Positions 9,101-16,824 of a stretch of DNA of 32,000 nucleotides are shown in pieces. How positions within the stretch are numbered: position 1 is the first letter of the stretch; each line of letters starts with the position of its first letter. The DNA comes from Geobacter metallireducens GS-15. GTDB lineage: Bacteria; Desulfobacterota; Desulfuromonadia; Geobacterales; Geobacteraceae. A program made the translations under genes and the position numbers. The stretch lies in contig NC_007517.1 of the NCBI RefSeq assembly GCF_000012925.1, positions 1,860,001 to 1,892,000 of the forward strand. The letters run 5' to 3'. The notes under the pieces were generated by a model. It saw nothing but the letters and a program-made list of their open reading frames with translations. It did not search any database and was not told the DNA's origin.

Positions 9101-9276
9101 GCGACAACCTCCGCGCTTGCGCCGGGGTAGCGCGCGGTCACCTGTATGGTCGGGGGCACGATCTGGGGGTACTGGGCCACTGGCAGGCGATTCAGGAAGA
9201 TCAGCCCGATGATGACCGTGACCAGCGCGATGACGTTGGCGAAGATGGGACGTTCGATGAAGAACTGGGAAATCAC
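6142..9276 (-). CDS. RND efflux transporter permease (AcrB/HAE1-like)
   Basis: The N-terminus is (V)ISQFFIERPIFANVIALV, the TM4 motif is IVVDDAIVIVES, and the length is about 1044 aa. I place the start at the GTG 9276, which overlaps the MFP stop (GTGA). The 40-codon upstream extension in the track ORF (Cys/Gly/Pro-rich) overlaps the MFP gene. Confidence 0.93.
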   Translation of the reverse strand: MISQFFIERPIFANVIALVTVIIGLIFLNRLPVAQYPQIVPPTIQVTARYPGASAEVVAATIGVPIEQAVNGVEGSIYMSSTSGSDGSYNLTITFDVGTDLNTSLALVQNLVNTSLAQLPGGAQQQGVTVKKVSPNILLVASLYADDERFEEIFLSNYAVINLQNPLARLPGVGQVRVFGAGPYSMRVWLDAKRLQSFDLTTSDILTAIQRQNVQVVAGQLGAPPVPASQSFQFTVTTLGRLSDVGQFEDIVVKTATGPAPQVVRLRDVARVDLSQQNFSNYARFTGHKSAQIVVFALPDANAIDVADSVYKALDGMSKKFPDGMKYAIRYDTTKFVREAISSVYDTLFIAAFLVLFVILLFLQNIRAMLVPATTVPVTIIGAFIAMAGLGFTINLMTLFALVLVIGIVVDDAIVIVESSSYYIEKGLAPKEATIKAMRELTGPVMGITLALVAVFLPAAFFPGITGQIFRQFALVIASTAVISAINALTLKPVQCALWLRPRGEKRPNWFYRGFNRAFQSFTNVYIGIVARMVKRPVLFVVIFAIIVTTSFLVFINRPLGFLPTEDQGYGVLVSRIPEGASQPRSEKVAVQINEILKKTSGVDFWVHIGGLSILDGANVSNMSTTFVVYKDWSERGSALNQDRIIASINRQLAEIQEAQAFVVIPPPIRGLGQTGGFQMMVEDRGSVGLERLKDAADELMRSGNSQPNLKGLASTFSLSSPQLYLDIDRTKAEALLVPLSNVFETLQAYLGSSFVNLFNKYNQVFQVYIQADSPYRIRPEDIGKLYVRNQRGEMVPLGALINVRQTQGPELITRYNLYPAAAIFGSAAPGFSSGQALTLMERMAAEKLPEGIDFDWTSTSFQEKKVGKQAYFIYALSVILVYMVLAALYESWTSPAAIILVVPIALVGVLLALIIRGYDNNLYTQVGLVLMIALASKNAILIVEFARDLHHGGMSIAEAAIEATRRRFRPIVMTSFAFILGVVPLVVAFGAGSAGQRAIGSVVFGGMISSTLLAIPFVPVFYVVLERMSEWVGNWRSKRTLRR

Positions 9277-10469
9277 GGCTTGACCTTCGGTCCCGCGGTG
9301 GTGCGGGAAGGGGCAGACGCAGGCTCCGCATCCTCCCGTACGGGGGTTACACGGCTTCCAGAGGGGGCTTTCAGCTGTCCTTTGACGATGACCCATTCGC
9401 TTCCGTCAAGGCCTTGTTCGATCACGCGCAGGGAATCCTCCTGGTGGCCTGTCTTGACGGCGCGCCGCTCCACCGTATTTTTGCCGTTCACGGTCAGCAC
9501 GTACGACCCCTGCTGGTCGCTTCTTATTGCCGTGTCGGGAGTCAGGAGAGCGACCCTTCTCTCCAGCGGGAGACGGACCTTCGCGTACAATCCGGGGAGT
9601 ATCCTTCCTGACGGATTCCGGAAGACGCCCCGTAACAGCAGCGTTCCGGTGGTAGGGGTGAGGCTTGTGGCGGCAAAATCGACATAACCCTTGTGCGAAT
9701 AACCCTCTTCCTGTGCAAGGGCGATAAAAACCGGGCGTTTTTCTGTTTTGGCAACGCCGGGAAGACGGTTTGTCTTGAGCAACCGGGCCAGGTCCAGGTC
9801 GCTGACCGTGAAATACACGTAAATGGGGTCGATCTGGATGAGTTGGGCAAGAACGGTGTTGTTCGTTTCAGAGCCCACCAGATTTCCCGGATCCTGCTGT
9901 CTCCGATCTATCCGTCCGCTAAAGGGGGCCGAGACCAGGGTGTAGCCAAGATTGAGCCTTGCGAGGTCCCGATTCGCCTCCGCGGCTTTCAGGTTAGCCC
10001 TGGCGGAGTCCCGCTGGTATCTCCAGTTGTCCACGTCAGTCTGGGTAGCGGCCTTATGGGGCAACAGGTTGGAGTAGCGGATCAGTTGACCTTCGGCGTA
10101 CTCAAGCTGCGATTTCAGCGCCATGACCTGGCCTTCGGCCTGGCGGAGGGCGGCCTCATAGGTGTTCCGCTGTAGCTGAAAGAGCGGTTGCCCATTGGTG
10201 ACCATCTGCCCGTCCCGGAAAAAGACCTTCTCAAGATACCCGGGAACACGAGCGACCAACTGCACAGAGTTGACGGCCTGGGTGTTGCCGGTCAGTTCCA
10301 GGTAATCGGTAACTTCACGTTTCAGGGGGTGAGAAACGGTCACCTTCGGGGGCGGGGGAGGGGGCGGCGGGGGCTTCTTGCATCCGGCCTGAAGAAGGGC
10401 GAGAAGTGGCAGGACCCAGAGCACAAGGCAATGTAAGGGTTGGAAAGTGGTTTTCATTCCGCGAAACAT
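9273..10469 (-). CDS. RND efflux periplasmic adaptor (MFP) lipoprotein
   Basis: A lipobox (LLQAGC) is followed by KK-P9-K. The remainder is a typical HlyD/AcrA-like layout with coiled-coil and barrel regions. A GGGAGG RBS lies about 10 nt upstream of ATG 10469. Confidence 0.9.
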   Translation of the reverse strand: MFRGMKTTFQPLHCLVLWVLPLLALLQAGCKKPPPPPPPPPKVTVSHPLKREVTDYLELTGNTQAVNSVQLVARVPGYLEKVFFRDGQMVTNGQPLFQLQRNTYEAALRQAEGQVMALKSQLEYAEGQLIRYSNLLPHKAATQTDVDNWRYQRDSARANLKAAEANRDLARLNLGYTLVSAPFSGRIDRRQQDPGNLVGSETNNTVLAQLIQIDPIYVYFTVSDLDLARLLKTNRLPGVAKTEKRPVFIALAQEEGYSHKGYVDFAATSLTPTTGTLLLRGVFRNPSGRILPGLYAKVRLPLERRVALLTPDTAIRSDQQGSYVLTVNGKNTVERRAVKTGHQEDSLRVIEQGLDGSEWVIVKGQLKAPSGSRVTPVREDAEPASAPSRTTAGPKVKP

Positions 10470-10553
10470 AGCCGCATTGCCTCCCTGGTCCGCATCAGAC
10501 TATCGAATGTCTCCGTTCAGTACTGATCTATTCATGATGCCGCGGCAAAACGG

Positions 10554-12194
10554 TCACCAGTCCGGCCCCCGGACTCCTGGCTTGTGCTCCGGGGGGGCGG
10601 GCGGATTGTATGACGCCGGGGCAAGGAGCTTTCCCCAATCGGTTCGCTGTTCCATTTCTTTTCTGATCTCAGGGGGAACCAGTTCTTTTCCTTCCCGTAT
10701 CTCCCAACCGCCCCCCAGTGCCCGGTACACACCAACCAGACTGCTCGCGATGCTGCCCATGGTTGTGGCCAGGCTGTCCTGCTCATTCAAGAGGGACTGC
10801 TGCGCGATAAGTACCGTGGTGAAGTCCTTGATCCCCTGCTGATACTGGAGGACCGCGAGATTGAGAGATCTCGCCGCAGCGGCTGTGCTCCGCGCCAGGA
10901 ATTCGGCCCGGTCGCGGGCCCGCAGGAAGGCCACCAGGTTGTCCTCAACCTCCTGCTGCGCGGTGAGCACCATGTTCTGGTAGGTGATGAGCAGTTCCTG
11001 GAGCCGCGCATCCTGGAGCCGGACATTGTTCGAAATCCGGCCGTAATTGAGGATGTTCCACTGGAACGAAGGGCCTGCCTGTATGAAACGGCTGCTCCAG
11101 TTGAACATGTCGCTCAGGCTGGCACCGCCGATATCGGTTGAGAGGAAACCAAACGTGCCGGAGAGGGAGAAAGCGGGATAGAGGTCAGCCTTTGCCACGC
11201 CGATCTGGGCGCTCTGGGCCGCTGCACGGTGTTCCGCGGCGCGGATATCGGGCCGGCGGCGTAGCAGGTCGGCCGGGATGCCGAACACAACCTGGGGGGG
11301 AGAGACGGGGATAGTGGCAGGACCATTCAGATAGCCGGACAGATCGCCCGGCGCCATTCCCAACAGGACGCTGAGGCCGTGTTTTGTCTGCCGGAGTTGC
11401 GCTTCCAGGGAGGGGGTCGTGGCAAGGGTGGTATTGAGCGAAGTTTCTGCCTGATCCAGATCCAGCTGCGTTGCTGTGCCGTACTTGAACCGGGCTTCGG
11501 CGATGTTCAGGTTCTCTCTCTGGGTTTGCGTGTTCCGGCGGGCAATGTCGAGCCGCGTTTCCAGGGTCCTGATGGTTATGTAGGAATTGGCGACATCCGC
11601 CGTAAGAGCCACAAGTGCATTGTCGTAGTCGGCCACAGAGGCAAGCCAGCTTGCATCGGCCGATTCGATGGCCCGCCTGTACTTGCCCCAGAAATCGAGT
11701 TCCCAACTGGCCGTCAACCCGATCTGCGATTGCCAGAACGATAACCCGGAGCCACCTCCGAGCGACGCACTGCTTTGGCTGGCGGAAGATTGTTGGGTGC
11801 CGGTCTGCACAGACCCCCGGCTTGTCCTGTTGTAGTGAACCGAGCCAAAGCCCTGCTGGGTCTGCGGGAAATACTCTCCGACCACTATGCCGAGCAGCGC
11901 CCTGGCTTCGAGCACTCGCGCTCCGGCGATCCTGAGGGTGAGGTTCTCACGGTAAGCGAGGTCAATAAGGCGGTCGAGGATCGGGTCGTTGAATACCCGC
12001 CACCAACTGCGATAATCCGCGGGGCCGGTTTCCCCCTGGTTTTCTCCTGCCTCCGTCCAGTCAGATGGAACCGCGACATCTGGCCGGTGAAAATCCGGCC
12101 CCACCTTGATGCAACCAGAGAGGATGAATACGGCTGCCAGCACTACGCATTGACGCCGGCTTTTGTTGAAGGTGGTACGTCTTTGAACAAACAT
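10554..12194 (-). CDS. Outer-membrane efflux factor, NodT-family lipoprotein
   Basis: Lipobox ILSGC followed by VGPDFHRPD..., then WW..FNDPILDRLI and SWELDFWGKYRR, the NodT/OprM family signatures. 546 aa. It is the first gene of the OMF-MFP-RND operon. Confidence 0.9.
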   Translation of the reverse strand: MFVQRRTTFNKSRRQCVVLAAVFILSGCIKVGPDFHRPDVAVPSDWTEAGENQGETGPADYRSWWRVFNDPILDRLIDLAYRENLTLRIAGARVLEARALLGIVVGEYFPQTQQGFGSVHYNRTSRGSVQTGTQQSSASQSSASLGGGSGLSFWQSQIGLTASWELDFWGKYRRAIESADASWLASVADYDNALVALTADVANSYITIRTLETRLDIARRNTQTQRENLNIAEARFKYGTATQLDLDQAETSLNTTLATTPSLEAQLRQTKHGLSVLLGMAPGDLSGYLNGPATIPVSPPQVVFGIPADLLRRRPDIRAAEHRAAAQSAQIGVAKADLYPAFSLSGTFGFLSTDIGGASLSDMFNWSSRFIQAGPSFQWNILNYGRISNNVRLQDARLQELLITYQNMVLTAQQEVEDNLVAFLRARDRAEFLARSTAAAARSLNLAVLQYQQGIKDFTTVLIAQQSLLNEQDSLATTMGSIASSLVGVYRALGGGWEIREGKELVPPEIRKEMEQRTDWGKLLAPASYNPPAPPEHKPGVRGPDW

Positions 12195-12241
12195 TGCCGT
12201 ACGAGCCCATCCTTGGTCCGTTCACTGCTGGAATCGAGGTT

Positions 12242-12285
12242 TCGGTAGCACCTTTCGGCGGTCGTTCGGCAGTGACAGTCGGCAG
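12242..12285. repeat. Four phased direct heptamers TCGG(T/C)(A/G)G in the efflux-operon leader
   Basis: TCGGTAG at 12242, TCGGCGG at 12255, TCGGCAG at 12266 and TCGGCAG at 12279, with start-to-start spacing of 13, 11 and 13 nt. Read directly. Function unknown. Confidence 0.4.
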
Positions 12286-12324
12286 TAATGCTGTTTCACG
12301 CATGTCTGAGAATGACGATAATAA

Positions 12325-12352
12325 ACCCTAGCAACAATACCCCTTATGTCAA
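12325..12352 (-). promoter_or_regulatory. Candidate sigma70 promoter for the OMF-MFP-RND operon (TTGACA-N16-TAGGGT on minus strand)
   Basis: The reverse-strand TTGACA is the complement of 12347-12352 and TAGGGT is the complement of 12325-12330. This would give a leader of about 125 nt. Motif match only. Confidence 0.3.
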
Positions 12353-12374
12353 GAAAGGAGGCGCGCCGGAGAGC

Positions 12375-13988
12375 TTACTGATACTCCTTCCCTGAATATG
12401 ATTGTATTGGGATAAAGACACTAAAGGTTGTCCCCACTCCCGGTATTGATTCGCACTCGATCCGTCCCCCGAAGCGACGCACAAGGGTCTTCACGTAGGC
12501 GAGGCCCATCCCTTCGCCCACGGTATCCGGGCAGTTTCCCCGACGGAACAGCTCAAACACTTTTCCCATATCCCCCGGTGCTATTCCGCGTCCGTTGTCG
12601 CTGATGCGGAGAGTCGTTCCATCCGCTTCTTCGTAGGCGTTGACTTCGATGCGTCCGGGGCGTTCCGGTGCCAGGTACTTGACCGCATTGTCCAGCAGGT
12701 TGCCAATGATCTGCTCAAGCGCCATCTTGTCTATGATGATTTCCGGAAGCTCGCCGACCGTGACCGTGACGCTGCGCTGCTCAAGCTGGTGTCGCAACGA
12801 TTGCAGGATTGAATTGACGATCGTCGTGACGCAGACTGTTTCGAGCCTGATTTCTCGCCGCCCTATATAGGAGAGTTGCAACACCGCGTTGATGAGCGCA
12901 TCCATCCGGTTGACCGAAGAGCTGATGAATCCGAGCGCCTCTGGTGCATCCTGCTGCAAGGCGAACCTGACCTGCTCACGTTCTTTTCCGCTCAGCGTGG
13001 TAAGAGATTGCTCAAGAAGGGGGAACGCGTCCTTCAGCGCCAGATCGAGCTCGGAAGCAAACCCTTTAATGTTGATGAGCGGTGCCCGAAGATCGTGCGA
13101 GACCATATAGGCAAAGCTTTTAAGCTCATCGTTGATGTCCCGCAGTTCCCCGGAATAACGTTGCAGCTGCTCTTCAGCGCGCTGGCGCTCCACAAGCTCA
13201 CGCTGCAGCTGTTCGTTGGCGTCCGCGAGTTCCGCCGTACGGCTTGCCACTGTTTGCTCAAGATGTCTGCGATGCAACTCCAACTCGTTATCCCTGCTCT
13301 GAATCTGGACCAGCATCTCGTTGAACCCTTGCGCCAGGGAGCCGAGTTCGTCATCATTCCATGCCGAGGCCCGCACGGAATAGTCACCCTCGCGGGAAAC
13401 GGTACCCATAACCTGTACCAGATCAAGGATGGGGCTGGTGACAGCCCGTTGCATCCTTGACAACAGGAGGAAGGCAACCCAGAGCGATCCCGAGAAGACG
13501 ATGACCATGATCGCTGTATACCACCCCAAGCGTCCATGCAGTTCTCTGAGATCCGATTCGATCAGTATGGTGCCGATCGGCTCCTGGTCGAGGATGATGG
13601 GCTCGACCACAACAATGCTGTTGGCAGCAATAGAGTAGCCGTTCTTCGGGGGAGGGGAGATCGGTTTGACTCTCTCCCCGGTTCGCAGGTAACGGGCAAA
13701 TACCTCACCCTCGCGGGTATGAATTGTCGCTTGGACGATATTGGGCGCAGCGCTCAGAGCCCCCAACATTTCATGTGCCACCCTCGGATTGTTAAAGCTC
13801 AGTGCCGCCGTACTGTTGCTGCCGGTGATCCGTGCCTGAACCGTCAAGCTGTTCACCAGGGAGCGGCGGTATGAAACCATCTCATTGAATATCAGGACAA
13901 CCCCGGATATGAGCAGTGCTACGCCGGTCGTCGCCATGCTGATCAGCATCATTTTCCGCTTTATCGTCGCTTGTCGAAATATCCGCAT
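12375..13988 (-). CDS. Sensor histidine kinase: TM-periplasmic CHASE8-like domain-TM-HAMP-coiled coil-HisKA-HATPase
   Basis: Two hydrophobic spans flank a periplasmic region of about 130 aa (SNSTAALSFNNPRVAHEMLGALSAAPNIVQATIHTREGEVFARY), a pattern I recognise as CHASE8/YfiN-like. It has HAMP (DELGSLAQGFNEM), an H-box (SHDLRAPL), and N/G boxes (DNAVKY, DNGRGI, GMGL). It starts 9 nt after the yfiR-like stop. Confidence 0.88.
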   Translation of the reverse strand: MRIFRQATIKRKMMLISMATTGVALLISGVVLIFNEMVSYRRSLVNSLTVQARITGSNSTAALSFNNPRVAHEMLGALSAAPNIVQATIHTREGEVFARYLRTGERVKPISPPPKNGYSIAANSIVVVEPIILDQEPIGTILIESDLRELHGRLGWYTAIMVIVFSGSLWVAFLLLSRMQRAVTSPILDLVQVMGTVSREGDYSVRASAWNDDELGSLAQGFNEMLVQIQSRDNELELHRRHLEQTVASRTAELADANEQLQRELVERQRAEEQLQRYSGELRDINDELKSFAYMVSHDLRAPLINIKGFASELDLALKDAFPLLEQSLTTLSGKEREQVRFALQQDAPEALGFISSSVNRMDALINAVLQLSYIGRREIRLETVCVTTIVNSILQSLRHQLEQRSVTVTVGELPEIIIDKMALEQIIGNLLDNAVKYLAPERPGRIEVNAYEEADGTTLRISDNGRGIAPGDMGKVFELFRRGNCPDTVGEGMGLAYVKTLVRRFGGRIECESIPGVGTTFSVFIPIQSYSGKEYQ

Positions 13989-13997
13989 ACCGACACT

Positions 13998-14546
13998 CTA
14001 TTGCGAATCGCGAACGATTCGCGCCAGGCTCAGGAGTTTGGAGCTTATCTGCAGGCCTGCGCGTTTCCCGGCATCCACATTGATTTCAAAGCCGACTTTA
14101 TCGTTTTCAACGACGAAATTTATCACCCCGCCTTTCTGGGCAAACTTCCTCATGTCGCCGACCGAAAGGATCTTCGCTTGCCTGAGGAAGGGGATGATAC
14201 GCGACAGATGGTTTTTTTCCGAACTGCTGACGAAGAGGATATGACAGTCTCGTATGTCGTCGACATCCTTGAATTTGTTGATGAGGACCTTCCTTCCATG
14301 AATGGTCTTGCCCCTGATCGAAGCGAGGGAGGTGCCAAAAGGATCGTCGCCGAGAATCCCCAGGACGATCGGTGAAGTGGCATCGGCAAACGCGTCCTTG
14401 GGCCACTCGACGAACCGGGCGAAATTGAGGAGAAACGCCAGCTTGACCTGGTACTCGCTGGGAAGGCGCTCCTCTGCCTGAACGGTGGGCAGACTCAGTA
14501 TGCACCACGCCAGTATGATGAGTATTGTGACAGCTCTCTTGATCAC
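13998..14546 (-). CDS. YfiR-family (DUF4154) periplasmic protein
   Basis: A signal peptide (ILAWCILSLPTVQA) is followed by YQVKLAFLLNFARFVEWP...ILGDDPFG...CHILFVSSSE...ILSVGD...GGVINFV...FEIN, the characteristic YfiR/DUF4154 pattern. Confidence 0.85.
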   Translation of the reverse strand: MIKRAVTILIILAWCILSLPTVQAEERLPSEYQVKLAFLLNFARFVEWPKDAFADATSPIVLGILGDDPFGTSLASIRGKTIHGRKVLINKFKDVDDIRDCHILFVSSSEKNHLSRIIPFLRQAKILSVGDMRKFAQKGGVINFVVENDKVGFEINVDAGKRAGLQISSKLLSLARIVRDSQ

Positions 14547-14606
14547 AGGGTCTTTTCTAGATATCCGTTGTCTTGGTTGACTTCGATGTGGCAGCGTTGC
14601 TGCCGA

Positions 14607-16682
14607 CTAATAGCGCCAGGTGATTTTCCCGTAATAGCTGCGCTCCACCTCGGTGGGGGCGGTGGCAATGATCGCCGAATTGAATTCGGGATGGTGACTG
14701 TCGGCAAGGTTCCTGCCAACGAGTGAAAACTCCAGGTTTCTCGTTGGTTTCCATGCCAGACGGGCATCAAGCGTTACATAGCGGTTAATATCGAATTCTG
14801 GCAGTTTATCCACATACCGTACCCAGACATCCAGTTCGACGCTTCTGCCTAACTCCATGGAAGAGCGAAGTGAACCCTGATGCCGCGGGCTCGTCCCTTG
14901 GGTAAAACCAAGATAAAACAGTGAGTTGCTGTCAGGATCAAGGCGCATCTGCATCTCCAGGAAACTGTATGCGGCTTGCAAACGCCACCATTCAAGCGCC
15001 AACCAGTCTGCGGCCACTTCAATTCCATAGGATTCACCATGCATCTTATTTGCGGTTATCCCAGGCAGAACGAGATGTGGTGACGGGGAGACTTCAAGAT
15101 AGGGTGTACCGAACTCAAGCGTGCGAAGACGCGAGAAATTGTCGTAAAATGTAGCGATATCAACTGAAAAGTGTTCAGCTGGGGCAACGCGATAACCGAG
15201 CTCGTAGGCAATCACGTCTTCACTCTTGAAGTCCCTGGAACCGAAGCCGGAAAAGAGTACGGGGAGTGTCTGGTTGACAGTTCCAGGAGGATAAACGGAA
15301 ATATCATTTCGAAAATGTTCCTCGGCGCTGGAAGGTGTCCTCACGGCGCGTGAAACAGCAGCCCAGACAGTCTGGCGATAGTCAGGCGTCCAGATAAGAC
15401 GGGCATTGGGCTGGATCTCAAGACCGGTAAAGTCGTTATGCTCAAACCGTGATCCCAGAACCAGCCGGAGTTTCTCTTCAATGAGCGCTATGTCGTCCTG
15501 TACGAAAAGGCTGTAAAGATTGTCACTACGCTTGTCGGGGACAAAGGAGATCGGGATTCGGTTGGTGATGCTTTCATGGCTGAAACGGTAGCCTAATCCC
15601 CACATGATTTCTTGCCGGGAGCCCCACCTGAACCGGTTCTGGAAGTCGACATCAATGGTGTCCCGGGTTTCACCAAGGATTGCCATGTCACGTTCAGTCC
15701 GGTCATAGTAAAGCTGCAGCGCCATGTCGGCAGTATCGGAAAACTTGCGCGTCCAGCGGGACAGGACATTCCCCCCGGCGATATCGGTATCCGAGTTGAA
15801 GGTTCGGGAATAGGGCGGTACCACGAGAGGTACGGAGAACGTTTCTTCTTCTTTCCCATGGTACATGTCACCTTGGACGGTCAACGAATCGTGTGCAGTC
15901 AGGTCCGAATCCACACGGAATCCTCCCCGCAGGACACTCCAGTCGTCATTCCCCTCGTTGCCGGCGACATCGACGCCACCATCCCTGTTGAAATATTTCG
16001 TGTACAACCGGTAATAGGTATCGTCACCAACACGGCCGCCATAGCGCACCCCGCCGAACCCTCTTTCTTCCGTTCCAGCACCGGCGCTCAGAAGCCCTCC
16101 CTGGGTTTCCTGGGCGTGCTTGGTAATGATGTTGATGACGCCATTGAAGGCATTGGCTCCCCAGAGGGCAGCTCCCGGCCCCCGAATCACCTCGATGCGG
16201 TCTATGTCTTCGAGCATCGTGTCCTGGACATCCCAGTACACACCGGAAAAGAGGGGGGTAAAGACGGTCCGGCCATCCATCAGGACCAGCAGCTTGTCCG
16301 CGAAGCGATCATTGAAACCCCGTGCAGAGACAGCCCACTTGTTCGCATCGAGACGCGCCACCTGAATGCCCGGCACCATGCGGAGCACTTCGGGTATGCT
16401 GGTAGCCCCGGAGCGTCGGATATCTTCCCTGGTGACGACGAAGACAGCCGCACCGGCATCGGATAGCTTCTGCTGCTTTTTCGATACCGATGTCACCTGA
16501 ATATTCATCAAGTCTTCGAGACCGAGTTCACTGAGGTTCAGGTCTTCGTGTTCCGATCCCCACGACGGGTCGATCAAGCCTATGAAGGGGATCGTGCAAA
16601 TCATCAGGGCAGGTGCCAACTTGGAAAGCAGGAGCATATAGTACCTCGCGGGAATTCTCTTTTGCGCCCTTGGATGCGCCAT
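14607..16682 (-). CDS. TonB-dependent outer-membrane receptor
   Basis: The plug region reads LEDLMNIQVTSVSKKQQKLSDAGAAVFVVTREDIRRSGATSIPEVLRMVPGIQV...IEVIRGPGAALWGANAFNGVINIITK. A long beta-barrel follows, ending in ...GKITWRY. The true start may be the internal Met at 16637. Confidence 0.88.
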   Translation of the reverse strand: MAHPRAQKRIPARYYMLLLSKLAPALMICTIPFIGLIDPSWGSEHEDLNLSELGLEDLMNIQVTSVSKKQQKLSDAGAAVFVVTREDIRRSGATSIPEVLRMVPGIQVARLDANKWAVSARGFNDRFADKLLVLMDGRTVFTPLFSGVYWDVQDTMLEDIDRIEVIRGPGAALWGANAFNGVINIITKHAQETQGGLLSAGAGTEERGFGGVRYGGRVGDDTYYRLYTKYFNRDGGVDVAGNEGNDDWSVLRGGFRVDSDLTAHDSLTVQGDMYHGKEEETFSVPLVVPPYSRTFNSDTDIAGGNVLSRWTRKFSDTADMALQLYYDRTERDMAILGETRDTIDVDFQNRFRWGSRQEIMWGLGYRFSHESITNRIPISFVPDKRSDNLYSLFVQDDIALIEEKLRLVLGSRFEHNDFTGLEIQPNARLIWTPDYRQTVWAAVSRAVRTPSSAEEHFRNDISVYPPGTVNQTLPVLFSGFGSRDFKSEDVIAYELGYRVAPAEHFSVDIATFYDNFSRLRTLEFGTPYLEVSPSPHLVLPGITANKMHGESYGIEVAADWLALEWWRLQAAYSFLEMQMRLDPDSNSLFYLGFTQGTSPRHQGSLRSSMELGRSVELDVWVRYVDKLPEFDINRYVTLDARLAWKPTRNLEFSLVGRNLADSHHPEFNSAIIATAPTEVERSYYGKITWRY

Positions 16683-16745
16683 TGCCGCAAACGATAATCA
16701 GGACCGGCATTACGATAACGTTGACGGAGCGAACCTATCTAACCA

Positions 16746-16774
16746 ATGTTTTGGAAAGTCTCAATGACAGGCTT
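16746..16774 (-). promoter_or_regulatory. Candidate sigma70 promoter for the TBDR-yfiR-kinase genes (TTGAGA-N17-TAGATA on minus strand)
   Basis: The hexamers are the complements of 16769-16774 and 16746-16751. Motif match only. Confidence 0.3.
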
Positions 16775-16824
16775 GAGGTATTTGAGGCAGGACCAGGCGC
16801 GTGGAGCTGTAGCGTATCAGTTGT

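Noticed and set aside
9277-9396. 40-codon N-terminal extension of the RND ORF; likewise 1781-1846 for queE and 22740-22925 for glpK
   Set aside because: The extensions are non-conserved-looking, overlap upstream genes or intergenic DNA, and precede canonical family N-termini that have proper start/RBS or stop-start overlaps.
6130-9687. Plus-strand ORFs of 330 aa (6130..7122) and 424 aa (8413..9687) opposite the RND and MFP genes
   Set aside because: They have low-complexity Asp/Gly/His/Arg-rich sequences and lie antisense to an unambiguous AcrB-like permease and its adaptor. No RBS or family signal supports them.
10900-11800. S/Q/G-rich insertion (QTGTQQSSASQSSASLGGGSG) in the outer-membrane factor; possibly unusual
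   Set aside because: It lies where OMF surface loops vary widely. Without an alignment I cannot show it is exceptional, so I do not report it as a finding.
15612-16466. 284-aa plus-strand ORF antisense to the TonB-dependent receptor
   Set aside because: It has no motifs. The opposite strand encodes a full plug plus barrel receptor.
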